A stretch of DNA of 64,000 nucleotides from the human T2T-CHM13v2.0 reference genome, Homo sapiens: the NCBI RefSeq assembly GCF_009914755.1, contig NC_060947.1; one strand, given 5' to 3'. The position numbers were made by a program, and so were the translations under genes. Within the stretch, counting starts at the first letter, position 1. Each line of letters opens with the position of its first letter. The notes under the pieces were generated by a model. That model did not search any database. It worked only from the letters and a program-made list of their open reading frames with translations, and was not told where the DNA came from. Below are positions 1 through 13,457 of this stretch, one piece after another.

Positions 1-45
1 CTCCCAAAGTGCTGGGATTACAGGCGTGAGCCACCATGCTCGGCC
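1..45 (-). mobile_element. Alu 5' end, cut by the window edge
   Basis: ctcccaaagtgctgggattacaggcgtgagccacc is the reverse complement of the Alu left-arm start. Confidence 0.9.
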
Positions 46-50
46 TATAA

Positions 51-56
<6 letters not shown>

Positions 57-111
<55 letters not shown>
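57..111. repeat. (AC)n(AT)n microsatellite
   Basis: Directly visible dinucleotide runs. Confidence 0.95.
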
Positions 112-112
<1 letters not shown>

Positions 113-399
113 TTTTTTTTGAGACGGAGTCTAGCTCTGTCGCCCAGGCTGGAGTGGAGTGGCGCCATCTCGGCTCACTGCAAGCTCTGCCTCCAGGGTT
201 CACGCCATTCTCCTGCCTCAGCCTCCTGAGTAGCTAAGACTACAGGCGCCTGCCACCACGCCCAGCTAATTTTTTGTGTTTTTAGTAGAGACGGGGTTTC
301 ACTGTGTTAGCCAGGATGTTCTCGATCTCCTGACCTCATGATCAGCCCACCTCAGCCTCCTAAAGTGCTGGGATTACAGGCATGAGCCACCGTGCCCCT
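112..399 (-). mobile_element. AluY/Sc-like, full length
   Basis: Complete dimer. TSD-like ataaatatat at 47-56 and 402-411. Confidence 0.9.
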
Positions 400-418
400 C
401 CATAAATATATTTTTTAA

Positions 419-1128
419 TGTACTCTATATTATGATGTTTTAATATCTTAAAACATTTCTGGCTGGGAAGAGACTGCTCCTCCAGGGGTTAGCCAATTCT
501 TAGTGATAGCAAAGGGCCCTGCCAGGAGCATACCTTTGATATGCAAACTAACCAATTCAGAGCCACACATCCTCTGTCTGACCCATATACTCCAGAAGGC
601 TATATTCCTCTGCCTTAATCATCCCAGGGCCAGGTACTAGAAAACTAGGGACCACTTCTGTGGCACAGAGCTCACCAAAATTATTCAAGCTAGCCAATTT
701 TTTTTTATCTTCCCCAATTTAAACCTTTTAATTTAAAAGTAAACTTTACTGTCGAAAATGCAGACTTGGGGAGGGCAGAAAGATCACACACGGGCTGCCA
801 CTTCCACTTCACACCTGGAGGGTTGCACGGCGGCCGGGCAAAGGCGCTCCTCACTTCCCAGACGGTGGGGCAGCCGGCCCAAGCTAGTCAATTTTTAATT
901 GTTCACCTTGCCCTGCCTTGCTTTTCCTATGATAATTCCAATGAAAGCAGTGGCCTAAACCTACCCCTAATCCTGACCACCCCTGCGTCCTTCCCATGTG
1001 GCTGTGAGTGATGTGCTGTGCCTCCTGCATCTAGGACCTGTGAGTAAAACTATATTTTTTCCTAAACCTCTCCTGCGTCTCCTCTTGTGGCTGTACCTAA
1101 TTGATGATCTCATAAAAGAATACAAAAC
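419..1128 (+). mobile_element. ERVL-class LTR (MER54/MER73/MER74-like), interrupted by SVA2
   Basis: ttagccaattcttag...tttgatatgcaaactaaccaat motif, recalled from this LTR group; subfamily uncertain. Confidence 0.5.
703..879 (-). mobile_element. 5'-truncated SVA2-like retroelement (VNTR unit + unique 3' end + poly-A)
   Basis: SVA-type VNTR unit gggcaaaggcgctcctcacttcccagacgg and a non-SINE-R 3' sequence. 17-bp TSD caagctag(c/t)caattttt at 686-702 and 880-896. Confidence 0.75.
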
Positions 1129-1260
1129 ACTATGTTTTGGATACATCTCTGATGTTTTAAGGCATGAAGCGTGTGATAATTTGTTGTGGTGACGCTAAGC
1201 AAGTAACACACTCACTAACAACATACCCTAAATGTCATTAACTGTGAGTAAACATCATTC

Positions 1261-1557
1261 TTTTTTTTTTTTTTTTTTTGAGATACATTCTCGCTCTGTC
1301 ACCCAGAGTGCAGTGACAGGATCTCGGCTCACTGCAGCCTCTGCCTCCCAGTCTCAAGTGATCCTCCCACCTCAGCCTCCTGAGTAGTTGGGAATGCAGG
1401 TGCATGCCACCATGCCTGGCTAACTTTTTGTAGTTTTGGTAGAGATGGGTTTCTCCATGTTGCCCAGGCTGGTCTTGAACTCCTGAACTCAAGCGATCCA
1501 CGTGCCTCGTCGTCCCAACGTGCTGGGATTACGGGTGTAAGCCACTGTGCCCAGCCT
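1261..1557 (-). mobile_element. AluJ-like
   Basis: Diverged Alu dimer preceded by poly-T. Confidence 0.9.
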
Positions 1558-1564
1558 TAAACAT

Positions 1565-1925
1565 TGACACAGGAGAGTTCCCTGGACCCCCTCAGAGGGC
1601 GTGCAACAGAGGTGTGGCTCTCTGTTCCGCCACTGACAGCGCAAACCCTTTATGGGAAGGGGAGCATTCAGGCACTCCTTCTCTTGTCTCCTTCTCTGCT
1701 GCACCATTCTGCCATTCCTCTGCCCATTTAATTCTGGAGCCTGGGGTTCAGGATTTATAGGGGTACAGGATACTGGGCCGTGGCAGGCCAAAAGGCAACT
1801 TTTGGGGTGCAAAAACAGGAATGTGTGTTCTCATATAGGGCCACAGGTGTCTGGCTCGAGGTTGGTGCCTTTGCCGGGGAACTGCCCTCTTCTACCCAGT
1901 ATATCCCTGTCTCCTGTCATTATCA
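1565..1925 (-). mobile_element. ERV1 solo LTR (MER52/LTR27-28-like)
   Basis: TG...CA termini and 4-bp TSD acat (1561-1564, 1926-1929). Minus-strand start is tgataatgacaggagacagggatatactggg. Confidence 0.7.
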
Positions 1926-2028
1926 ACATCAGTCTTTATCTTATTTTTTCATGCTTCTGAGTACAATAATGCCAATAAAAATACATATAAAGGGAAAAAT
2001 GGCTAAAATATATTATATGCCATTGGGG

Positions 2029-2601
2029 TGAAAGGGAAGCTTCCTTCTTGCCCTTGGAGGGTTTGCTGAAAAATCAAGTCACAATAAGTCATATTAATAA
2101 GAGAAAAGGCACATACATTTATTTAACCAAGTACATGAGGGGAATGGCAGAATGATCGCCCAATTTCCCACTGGGGTCTAAACATATATAACCTCCTTTC
2201 AGAGTGGATTGGGGAGATGGGGAGCATAGGTAATTCCGTTAAGGGGCATTAAATAATTAGCAGGAAAAACATGAATGGATACTTGGGAGAATGAATGGAT
2301 GGAGGGAACAGAGATTGACTTGTAAGTGGTTTTCTTTGGAAGTTGAACCTGAGAGAAGGGCATTATTCTGTAAGAAGACTGGGCCAGACCTGGTTACATT
2401 CTTCCTCTCCTTACCTGAAATAGATGAGATAACAGGGAAGAGAAAGAAAAGAAATTATTCTTCTTGATGGGTTCACCTGATCTTTAGGAAGATAGGGGAA
2501 AAGTCTCTTTCAAGGCCCGTTGATTTCCAAGAGTTTTTAATTCAAAATATTCATTATGCCACGGAGGCATATTTTGGGGTGAAATTCTCTGTGCTCCTTC
2601 A
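2029..2601 (-). mobile_element. ERV1 LTR (MER4/MER34/MER39 group)
   Basis: TG...CA ends and attttggggtgaaat...ccttca terminus; no clean TSD. Confidence 0.55.
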
Positions 2602-2632
2602 GTGTGTGAAAGGAACATAAGAAAAACTTAAG

Positions 2633-2634
<2 letters not shown>

Positions 2635-2663
<29 letters not shown>

Positions 2664-2942
2664 GAGACGGAGTCTCACTGTCGCCCAGGTTGGAGTGCAG
2701 TGGCGCGATCTCGGCTCATTGCAGGCTCCGCCCCCTTGGGTTCACGCCATTCTCCTGCCTCAGCCTCCCGAGTAGCTGGGACTACAGGCGCCTGCCACCT
2801 CGCCCGGCTAATTTTTTGTATTTTTACTAGAGACGGGGTTTCACCGTGTTAGCCAGGATGGTCTTGATCTCCTGACCTCGTGATCCGCCCGCCTCGGCCT
2901 CCCAAAGTGCTGGGATTACAGGCGTGAGCCACAGTGCGCGGC
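2635..2942 (-). mobile_element. Young AluY
   Basis: Long pure poly-T, high CpG content, TSD aagaattttt. Confidence 0.92.
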
Positions 2943-4317
2943 AAAGAATTTTTAAAAATCTTTAATTCCTTGAAAGTTTGGCAAGTTTAAAAGTTAATGT
3001 GCAGGAGCAGGAGCCATCTCATATCAGACTTAAACCTTGAATTTTCCCACATGTTAATTTCCCTTCTTACTCTTTTATATTTACTTAAGAGGGAGCTAAT
3101 GAGATGCCTCCAATGGAATAGTATGGGTTCTGAGCCCAATACATATTTAGCGAATTGGTGAATGTAAGAATAGTTAATTGTATGTTGAAGAAATGCTAGT
3201 AATTCTTGGATTTTTGTCTCTCAGGGAAGCAACAGATGGCTGAAATCCTGTTGTGATATGGCTGGATAATGCATGCTCTGAGGATCCTGCACTGATGGCT
3301 ATGGAATAGCTCCAGCATTTTCCTAAATATATTAACATTCTGAGCAGTCCAGGAGCAACCTTTAGGCAAACAATACACCGTGCTTCCCGGGTCCTATGTA
3401 TTAATGAGATAACCAAGTGAGTTCACAGACACACCTGTCTTTCCAGCATAGGAACTGGATTTGGGTCCACTCAGAAGCATGATATTGAACAGTTCTTATG
3501 AGATTATGAAACACACAAGAATATTGAAAACCTTCTGTCTCTAACATGTTGAAATCAAGGCATATCAGAAAGATATTTGCTTCCTTTATCTACATGTCTA
3601 TATTCTCATAAGGGAAAACAATGAAAAATAATTTTTCAGAATGCCTCCTTAGCCCTGAGTCTCAGCCAGTCCCTACTGCTGTTCTCAACATTTAATTCAC
3701 CATTGAAGTCCCATTCTATGCCATAGAGTCTGGAAAAGTTTTTTCATTTGACTCTCAGGACAGCTCTGTAAGGATGGTATGGTCAGTCCCATTTCACAGA
3801 TGACCAAATAGAAGTTTATAGAGCCGAAGTCACCTCTCCACATAACTGACAGGATTGGAATGAGGTCCTATGCCTCGCCCTTTTTAGAAGACACTGAGCA
3901 CCCTCCCTTTTAGGAGATGGGAGCCCAGGGCTTGAGAAATGGTCAGATTCCACTCCCCTGCTATTGTGGCCTTATGGGTCCTCATTCAACAACCCTTCTT
4001 GGTGATGAAGATGGTAGTGTGCATATATGTGCACATATATTCATTGCTTTGGAAAGGCATTCTTTGTGTTTAATTTCATAGGAAAATGAAATAGATAAAA
4101 AGTTGAATTTACTCTGTGTGTGAGTGTATTTCTATGTCTCCTGTAGCTGGATTGCCCCACCTCACAGATGTTGCTTTATCTTTAGTTGAGACTGGAGCTG
4201 GATTCCAATCTGAGGTTTAGATGTCCTAGAAAATGAAGAATACAGAGAGATTGCTGCTAATTGGTTAAAAATTCCAGAAAACTGGCCTGGTACCATTAAA
4301 TCAAGATCCCCAACTCT

Positions 4318-4436
4318 GGCTGGGCACAGTGGCTCACACTTGTAATCTCAGCACTTTGGGAGGCCAAGGTGGGAGGATAGCTTGAGCTCAGGAGTTCTAG
4401 ACCAGCCTAGGCAACATACTGAGACCTCATCTCTAA

Positions 4437-4487
<51 letters not shown>

Positions 4488-4496
4488 ATATTTAAA
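4318..4496 (+). mobile_element. FLAM/Alu monomer with (TAAA)n tail
   Basis: 14-bp TSD aagatccccaactc at 4303-4316 and 4497-4510. Confidence 0.9.
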
Positions 4497-4600
4497 AAGA
4501 TCCCCAACTCCAATTCTCCCTACTCCTTGCTGAAACCCTTGGACTGAGACTTTCAGAATTGCAATCCTGGCTGTGACCACCAGACTACATCCATCTCCAA

Positions 4601-4911
4601 TTTCTTTTTTATTTTTATTTTTATTTTTTTTTTGAGACGGGGTCTCGCTCTTTCACCCAGGCTGGAGTGCAGTGGCACGATCTCGGCTTACTGCAACCTC
4701 TGCCTCAGCAGAGCAATTCTCTGCCTCAGCCTTCTGAGTAGCTGGGATTACGGGTACCCGCCACCACGCTCGGCTAATTTTTTTTGTACTTTTAGTAGAG
4801 ACAGGGTTTCACCATCTTGGCCAAGCTGGTTTTGAACTCCTGACCTCGTGATCCAACCGCCTCAGCCTCCCAAAGTGCTGGGATTACAGGCGTGAGCCAC
4901 CATGCCCAGTC
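4601..4911 (-). mobile_element. AluS-like
   Basis: Alu dimer; TSD-like tccaatttcttttt on both sides. Confidence 0.9.
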
Positions 4912-6143
4912 CAATTTCTTTTTTTCTTTTCTTTTTTTTTTTCAGGCGGAGCAACTTGTTTTTTAAAGAAAAGGAGTACAGTACGGTTTGCAGAGAGTAA
5001 GAAATGACTTGGAATGTTCTGTTTACTAAAATAAAAATTCTGTTTGGAAAATTCATATGTATATTAAAGCAGCTCCAATGGCTGTTGACTTCAAATCTAC
5101 ATCACATTCACTGATTTATCTCTTCCCTCCTGAGTGTAGGTTGAGGTGTCCACACTGTAGGAGAGCCCCTCCCTCCCAGAAAGCATGGCATTCACTCTCC
5201 ATTACCCCACCCCTGTATAGGTTTCCCAGACCTTCTCCCATCTCCTCTCAGTCATCCTCTCTCCAGGACACGGTGGACACAGCTGCCCAGACCCCTCAAT
5301 GACTGCCGATCCTGTCTCAGACACCTCCCGCCTGCCCTCTGCTGCTCTGTGCTCGCCCACCGGCCACGACCAAGGCGCACTGCTGCTACCTGGTGTTTCA
5401 TTATATGGTTTTACACCATTATTTTATACCTATCCGGTTTTTTCAGAGAGTATTAGAATGTTCTGTACTGAGATTCATAAACTGGGTCGCAAGAGAGGTA
5501 TTGTAATTTTTGCTCCTTGCAGACACTTTGAAGTTTGAAAATAGTGGTATATAGTGGTACTGTGGTGCCCCCTCGTGACATAGGCCTGCACTGCAGCTTG
5601 AACATCCATGAACAGGAAGCCAGACAGTTTTCTGGTCTGGGAAAAAAGTAGACATACCCTGGGTATCCAGGCAAAAAGTGAAGCCTCTTTCTATGCTTTG
5701 TAGGTTGAACAAAAGAGTAATTTTTATTTTTATGCTTTAGGACATCTGGATAAATAGGTTGAGACCCATATAAACAAAAATGGATCCAGGCTATTTGTGA
5801 CCATTGCAACCTGCTTTTGCACCTAATATATTTCCATGTAAATACATTTCTATGCTAGCACTTTAAACTACTTTGCAACAAAATTTCACTTTTTTTTTTT
5901 ACAAGGACCAAGTGTTTGATAGTATAAAGCTCTTAAATTTTATTTTTCCAGTACCCTAGCGATGGAAATATAGTCATTTTACATTTTCTATTACGAACAA
6001 TAGCATACTTAATGTTCTTGTTCATATACATGAAAATATCTTAGTAAGCGTTTCTTTATAATAAAGTCTTGAAAGTGTCCTTTCAAAACCCTGGTAAATG
6101 ATAAAATTTTATATTAGCATAATGAATTCAAAATGCTATTACT

Positions 6144-6452
6144 GACCAGACACAGTAGCTCATGCCTGTAATTCCAGCACTTTGAGAGGCTGCCTCGGGA
6201 GGATAATATGAGCCCAGGAGTTGGAGACCAGCCTGGGTGACATAGCGAGACCCCATCTCTACAAAAATTTAAAAAATTAGCCAGGCATGGTGGCATGTGC
6301 CTGTAGTCCTAGTTACTCAAGAGGCTGAGGTAGGATTGCTTGAGCTTGGGAGGTAGGATTGCTTGAGCTTGGGAGGTTGAGGCTATGGTGAGCTGTGATC
6401 ACACCACTGAACTCCAGTCTGGACAACAGAGCAAAACCCTGTCTCAAAAAAA
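6144..6452 (+). mobile_element. AluJ-like with internal 23-bp tandem duplication
   Basis: gaggtaggattgcttgagcttgg occurs twice at 6327-6372. Confidence 0.88.
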
Positions 6453-7012
6453 CCATTGTATTACTCGTATATATTTTAACTTTGCAGCATGAAAGTACCT
6501 GTTTCTCTGAACATTCGAAGTAATGGGAATTGTTATTAATCTGCTAGGCAACATATCATCTCTCATCTTTGTTTTCATCCAAATTTGTTTTTGTTGCCTT
6601 CCAAAATTCCATCCTATAGATGTGACATAATCAGTTTTCACAAGCCCATGTTATTTAGAGTGTTCTGATATTCCCTATTATCTACACTCTGTGAATGGTA
6701 TCTTTTCAGAGTCTGTACACTGCTAAAGAGTGCAGTTCAGGGCAATGGTCATGTGGCTGTTTGCACTGGTAAGTGGAATGTGCCCACTTTGAGCCCAGCT
6801 AACTGTCTTGGAAGAATTATAGTATTGTGATGATAGAATCTGGCTGGGGTTTCTCTCTCCCTCTCTGTCTCTCTCTCTCTCTGTGTGTTTGTACTGACAA
6901 CCACATATCCCTCTGTTTCCTTCTGCCCCTGGATGTCTTTGCTTCCCATTGGTCTCCCTAACTAAATTCTGGCCCAGAAGGAAAGGTAAATAATTATTAA
7001 GATGGCAATCCT

Positions 7013-7320
7013 GGGCCAGCACGGTGGCTCACGCCTGTAATCCCAGCACTTGGGGAAGCTGAAGCCAGCGGATCACGAGGTCAGGAGATCCAGACCATCC
7101 TGGCTAACACGGTGAAACCCCGTCTCTACTAAAAAATACAAAAAATTAGCCGGGCGTGGTGGCACATGCCTGTAGTCCCAGCTACTTAGGAGGCTGAGGC
7201 AGGAGAATCGCTTGAACCCGGGAGGCAGAGGTTGCAGTGAGCCACTGCACTCCAGCCTGGGTAACAGAGCGAGACTCCGTCTCAAAAACAACAACAACAA
7301 CAACAACAACAAAAAAAAAA
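7013..7320 (+). mobile_element. AluSc/Y-like with (CAA)n tail
   Basis: TSD aagatggcaatcct at 6999-7012 and 7321-7334. Confidence 0.92.
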
Positions 7321-8145
7321 AAGATGGCAATCCTTATATCCAAATCTTTATCAATATCCTTCACTACATCCTGAAGATAACCTTCTAAAAAATTGTTGGA
7401 GCAAAGGGTGTGCAATTATGTAGCCTGTTGATAAGTATTGCCATACTGCTACCCAGAGAAGTAGTGCCATTTACACTCCACAAGTAGAGTCATGTGACAA
7501 AGGCCACAGCGGAGTGAAGAAACTAATAATGCTAACATCCAATCATAGAGGGAAGGCCTTGGACCCTGTCATGGACTCACATGTCAGCAGTAGCCCTAGG
7601 AGAACCTGCAGGCTCATGTGCTTGTTGCTTATTGTGTCTGTTAGGCTGCATATGTAACTGGACCCTTTTGCATTGAAAAATAGTGATAATGATGATTAAC
7701 AGAGTATTTGTTTACTAGAGAATTATTTAAAAATTACCTTAATATCTAGTTAAATATGATTACAGTGAGAGAATTTCCACCTGGCATGTTATCAAAGTAT
7801 AAAAAAAACTATTCAGGATTCCAGTGAGGTGTGCATGCAGGGACATCTACCCTGTCTCATATTGCTAGTGGGGATGTCACTTAGTACAACCTCTTTCCAG
7901 GTTGATTTGTCAACATCTATTAAAGAGTCTATGCATCTCTGATCTGTATGTGTTTGGAGACTGTCCCTTCAAATATTCATCCTCAGTATGACACCTGTCC
8001 CTTTATTAGAGAATGCATGTCCCTCATGATATCGGTTGTCTGGGGACTCTACTTTCTAAAGCACTGACCCAAACACACTCCTTTGTCATTATAAAGTAGG
8101 AAATTGAGGTCCAACAATTTTTATCTGACCCACAGAAAAAAAAGA

Positions 8146-8298
8146 GGCCCGGTGCAGTGGCTCACACCTCTAATCCCAGCTGCTCAGGAGGCTGACACAG
8201 GAGGATCACTTGAGCCCAGGAGGTCGAGGTTGCAGTGAGCCATGATTGTGCCACTGCACTCCAGCCAGGAGACAGAGAAAGACCCTGTCTCAAAAAAA
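8146..8298 (+). mobile_element. Alu monomer (FRAM-like)
   Basis: Single-arm Alu with A tail. Confidence 0.8.
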
Positions 8299-8466
8299 GA
8301 TATATGCAAATAGCCAATAATCATGAAAAAATGTTCTAACTCATTAATTATGTAAAGAATGCAAATAAAATCAACTAAATAACTTTTTATTATCTATCAT
8401 GTAGATGCTGCTACAAGAATCTCACTTCAGATGAAATGACAGACATAGGTTGAAGGCAAAGGGATG

Positions 8467-8843
8467 TGTGCTAGTCTGTTTGTGCTACTATAACAAAATA
8501 CCTAGACTGTGTAATTTATAAAGAACACAAATTTATTTCTCCCATTTCTGGAGGCTGGGAAGTCCAAGATCACAGCACTGGTATTTATTGTCTGGTGAGG
8601 GCCATCTTGCTATATTCTCACATAATTAAAGGGAAAAAAGCTGTATGCTTACATGGCAGAAGGTGGAAGGGCAAAAGGGCAAATCTGGTTCCCTCTAGCC
8701 CTTTTATAAGGTCGCTAAACCCATTCATTAGGGCAGAGCCCTCATGACTTAATCACCTCCTAGAGGCCCTACCTCTTAATAGGCTCAAATTGGCAATTAA
8801 GTTTCAACATATAAATTTTGGGGGAAACATTCAGACTATGGAA
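8467..8843. mobile_element. MaLR solo LTR (MLT1A/MST-like) inserted in an old L1 ORF2 fragment (~8400-9140)
   Basis: 5-bp TSD ggatg (8462-8466, 8844-8848). The flank encodes endonuclease-like ICQEDIAILNVY. Confidence 0.8.
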
Positions 8844-9170
8844 GGATGAAAAATATACATTATGAAAATAAAGGAAAACAGGAGTGTGGTTGTATTAGTT
8901 TCAGATAAAGTACACTTTAGAGCAAAGATAAGTACTAGATACAGAGAGGAATATTATAAAATAAAAGAGTCAATCTGCCAAGAAGATATAGCAATCCTAA
9001 ATGTATATACAGCAAACAGCAGAGTTACAAAATATGCAAAGTAAAAACTGATAGCAAGGAAAGGAAAAATACACAACGTCGTGACATTATTAGGATACTT
9101 CAACACTCTTCCCTCTACAATTGATACAACAATCAGATAATTTCTGTCATGTTATTGGTGTATTTAGACC

Positions 9171-9966
9171 TGTGTGGTGTTCTCTCACATCAAGTGTGTG
9201 TCATTTTTCCACACCAACAGCCAGTTCTCCAATTTTTCAACAGCAGCTCAGTACCCAACAGTTAAATTCAATTCTGATGCTATCTACCTAAGTTAGCTTC
9301 AGATCTCACAAGTTAAAAGGTTCAGTCCTGTAAGACTGTCCAAGTTCAGATGCCAGCCACAAACAAGTAGGGTCCCCAGGCAACTCACCCTTCTGCCCAA
9401 CTGACTACAAATTCAAGGGTTTCTAAGGTTCCCCCACCATAGACTTGATAATTCTCTAAAATAACTCTTATAACTCAGGAAAATGTTTTACTTGCTATTA
9501 CCGGTATATTATAAAGAATATAACTCAGGAATGGCCAAATGGAAGAAATGCATAGGGCCAGGCAGGGTGGGGAGGATGGATGTGGAGCTTCCACGTCCTC
9601 TCTGGGGCACACCATCTTCCCAGCACGTCAATGTGTTTGTCAGTCTGGAAATTCCCCAAACTCCATTGTTTAGGGGTTTTATGAAGACTTCATTATATAG
9701 ATATGATTGATTTAAATCATTGGCCATTGGCGACTTACACTTAATTTCTCCACCTTCTGGATATCAAAGGAGTGGGGCTAAAAGTTCTAACACTTTAATT
9801 ACCTGGTTGGTTTTTCTGACAACCAGGCTGCATCCTGAAAGTATCTACACCCTCACCCTGCAAGAGCCATCTCACTACTGTATAAAACCTTTTGAAGATT
9901 TTAGGAGCTCTGTGCCAAGAGCTGGGGACAAAGACGAAATACAGTATTTATTTTTATTATATCATA
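9171..9966. mobile_element. MER21-family LTR
   Basis: aattcaattctgatg...tacct and related motifs, also present in the copy at 39390-41276. Confidence 0.7.
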
Positions 9967-10628
9967 AAGCCTTTTACATTTAATGTAATTTTTCAAATAT
10001 TTGGATTTATATCTACCATTTCATTACTTATTTTCTCTTTATTTCCTCCATTTTTTATTTCTATATTTCCCCTTTCCATCCTTCCTTTGGTTTATTTGAA
10101 AGGTTTTATAGTCCATTTTAATTTTTCTGTGGTGATTTTGACACTATTTCTTTGTTTTACACTTTTAGTGGTCACTCTATTTAGCACAAACTATCATCTT
10201 AACTTTCCGCAGTCTTTTAGAATTTTAGAATCAAAATTTAACATTTTAATTGATTTGTTGAAATCTCATCATCTTATAACCCTATAACCTTCCCCTTATG
10301 CCACAAAAATCTGTAAATATCTCATGTACTATGTCTACATTCACTGAAAACCCTGTCAGACAATGTTATACTTTTGCTTTCAACAAACTTATTTTAAAGG
10401 ACAAAAGGAGAATATTCCATTATATTTGCCCAGATATTTACCATTTCTGTTGCTCTTCTTCTGCAAGTAGAATCATGATATTTCTGTCTTAAAATAAAAT
10501 TGTATCTTAATTAAAATTTTATGACCTGCCTTTCTTCACTAGCAACACATATTGAATATCATTCAATGTCAATAAACAACCATCTATATCATAGTTTCAG
10601 TGCTTGCAAGAAAACAAATGGACACTAA

Positions 10629-11017
<389 letters not shown>

Positions 11018-11371
11018 TAACCTTTTTCATTCTAATTTTACAGATGAAGGAAATGAAGAGCTGGGAGGTAAAGTACTTTGCCTAAACTCTAACACTTAGA
11101 AAGTGACACTTCATGGATTTGAACACAGCCAGCATGTTCCAGAGCCCATGACTACTTAGGGTGATAAGAGTTTGAAACACAGAAGCACACAGATATTATC
11201 AAATTTCAACTACAGAAACTCACACTAATACACACTGACACATACAGATCCATTGTTATAAACTGTAATCAGTTTATTTTCTCTCCTAATTGGTATTCTT
11301 TGAATATATTTCCAAAACAATAAAATCACGGATACATTATTTCTTTATATGATTAAAAGTATTTTGTTTTC

Positions 11372-11688
<317 letters not shown>

Positions 11689-12931
11689 TTATCTTAATAA
11701 ATGTTCCTGTTTACAGCATTTCAAGCAATCATGACATATATATTTATAAAATAAAATTAACCTGAATCTCCTTCCTGCCTGACTCCTATCTTCTTAGATC
11801 ATTTGTCCCAGAGGAAACACCTATTTTTCTGACTGAGCGCATGTCTGCCACCTTAAAAACCAGTCAATTCACATGGTCCCCATGCTCAGGTCTCTCGGAC
11901 CAAAGGGCAGGATTTCATTTCTATCATCATCATTATCACTACCACCAAGAGGGGTTGTAGAGTAAGTATCCACAGGAGAGTGTAAAAAACCAACACCTAA
12001 GCCTTAGTGGGACATCATCTGCGAAAGTAGTCTCTGGGTATATGCAATGTTTCTCAACCTTCTTTCATTATTGCCCCTCTGAAGAGACTTTTCAGACATA
12101 TTTCCTTATCAACCCCCTTCTGCCCGAAATTTGAAATGTTAATACCACAAATATAGTGTATACTTTTAAATGTATTGTGGACCTTTGGAGAGCCGCAAAC
12201 CATTGCAGTGTCTACTCCCACTTCTCTACCCTAAAGCAATTTTTAGCCCTTTGTGGGTAATATTGCTCCTAGAGATTACATGGTATATTGTGATGAGGAC
12301 AAGAGCTGGAATCCCATTTCTATCCCTTACTTCATGTGTGACACTGGAATCCTTTTTCAGTTTTTGTAAGCCTACGCTTGGTCATCTGTAAAAGGGGACT
12401 CACAATGCCTTCCTTAGACAAGTTTTCTGTGGGGTAAATGAGAAGTCCCATACAGAGTAGATGGCACCTAGTAGTACTTCAACGAATGGTCATCCAGGCC
12501 CACCTTTTTCCTCCCTCCCAGAGAAATGACGACTGTTATCTAAACCAAGCAGCATAACTACCACAGAGACCACCTGGAAGGAGAGCATGAAGATGGAGCA
12601 TGTGCTCACACTTATACATGAACCTTTGGGGCCATTTCTGCGTTACAGGATGGCTTGTTGAGGTATTGGGGTGAGGTGAGAAGATCATCAAACCAATCCC
12701 CTATCATTTTCTGCCCCATCATTTGACCTTCTAGATTGATATTGGAAAAGCAGTTTCCCATTGAGTCTCAAATGAAGAAAGAGCGCAGATGAAGAGGAGG
12801 CAGGAGTCATAAGCCTTTGACTCTCATACCAGACCCATTACCACCTACAGGACATTGCACTGGGATTTCCTCTGCACCATCAGCTTCTTCAAAGAGAGAC
12901 AGGTTGTTGAGTGAGTACCCACAAGGGCATA

Positions 12932-13457
12932 TGAGGCAGTGCTCCTTTCACGGAGGCACTAGCTGCGGGGGCGTCTGTTCCTGCAGACCCCTGATTCAGC
13001 AACGAATGAATAAACGTACACTGACACACAGATACTGTGTTTTGCCAGTCCAGCTGAGTCTGTCCGAGCCGCTTACACACCAAGAGAGGTGCTGTACTGC
13101 GGCCTGCCTCAGTCAGCTAGGGAGATTTGCATTTATTCAGTAAGATTAACTAACAAAAGCTTGAGTCAACACCATTAGGGAGTAATTGACATTGTGGACT
13201 TCCTGAGTAAAAGGCACTTAAGCACCCAAGGTACATCAAAGGTTAGTTTTAAGATCATATGAGTAAACAAGCTAGCTAGACAGCTTCCCCACATTCCGTT
13301 GTTTACTATTTTAATCTATTTAACTAAAGGTAATGGGACCAGGCTGCTTCCAGTCCGGTCTATTACCAAAGTCATGTGAAAACCCTCAGGCCTTCCGAAA
13401 GGGTTTTATGGCTATCATAACTAATATTTTTCCCACCAGCCTGATCGAATCCCAACA
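12932..13457 (-). mobile_element. LTR22-like solo LTR (HERV-K HML-5)
   Basis: Minus-strand start tgttgggattcgatcaggctggtgggaaaaatattag; TG...CA ends; 6-bp TSD ggca(t/c)a at 12926-12931 and 13458-13463. Confidence 0.75.
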
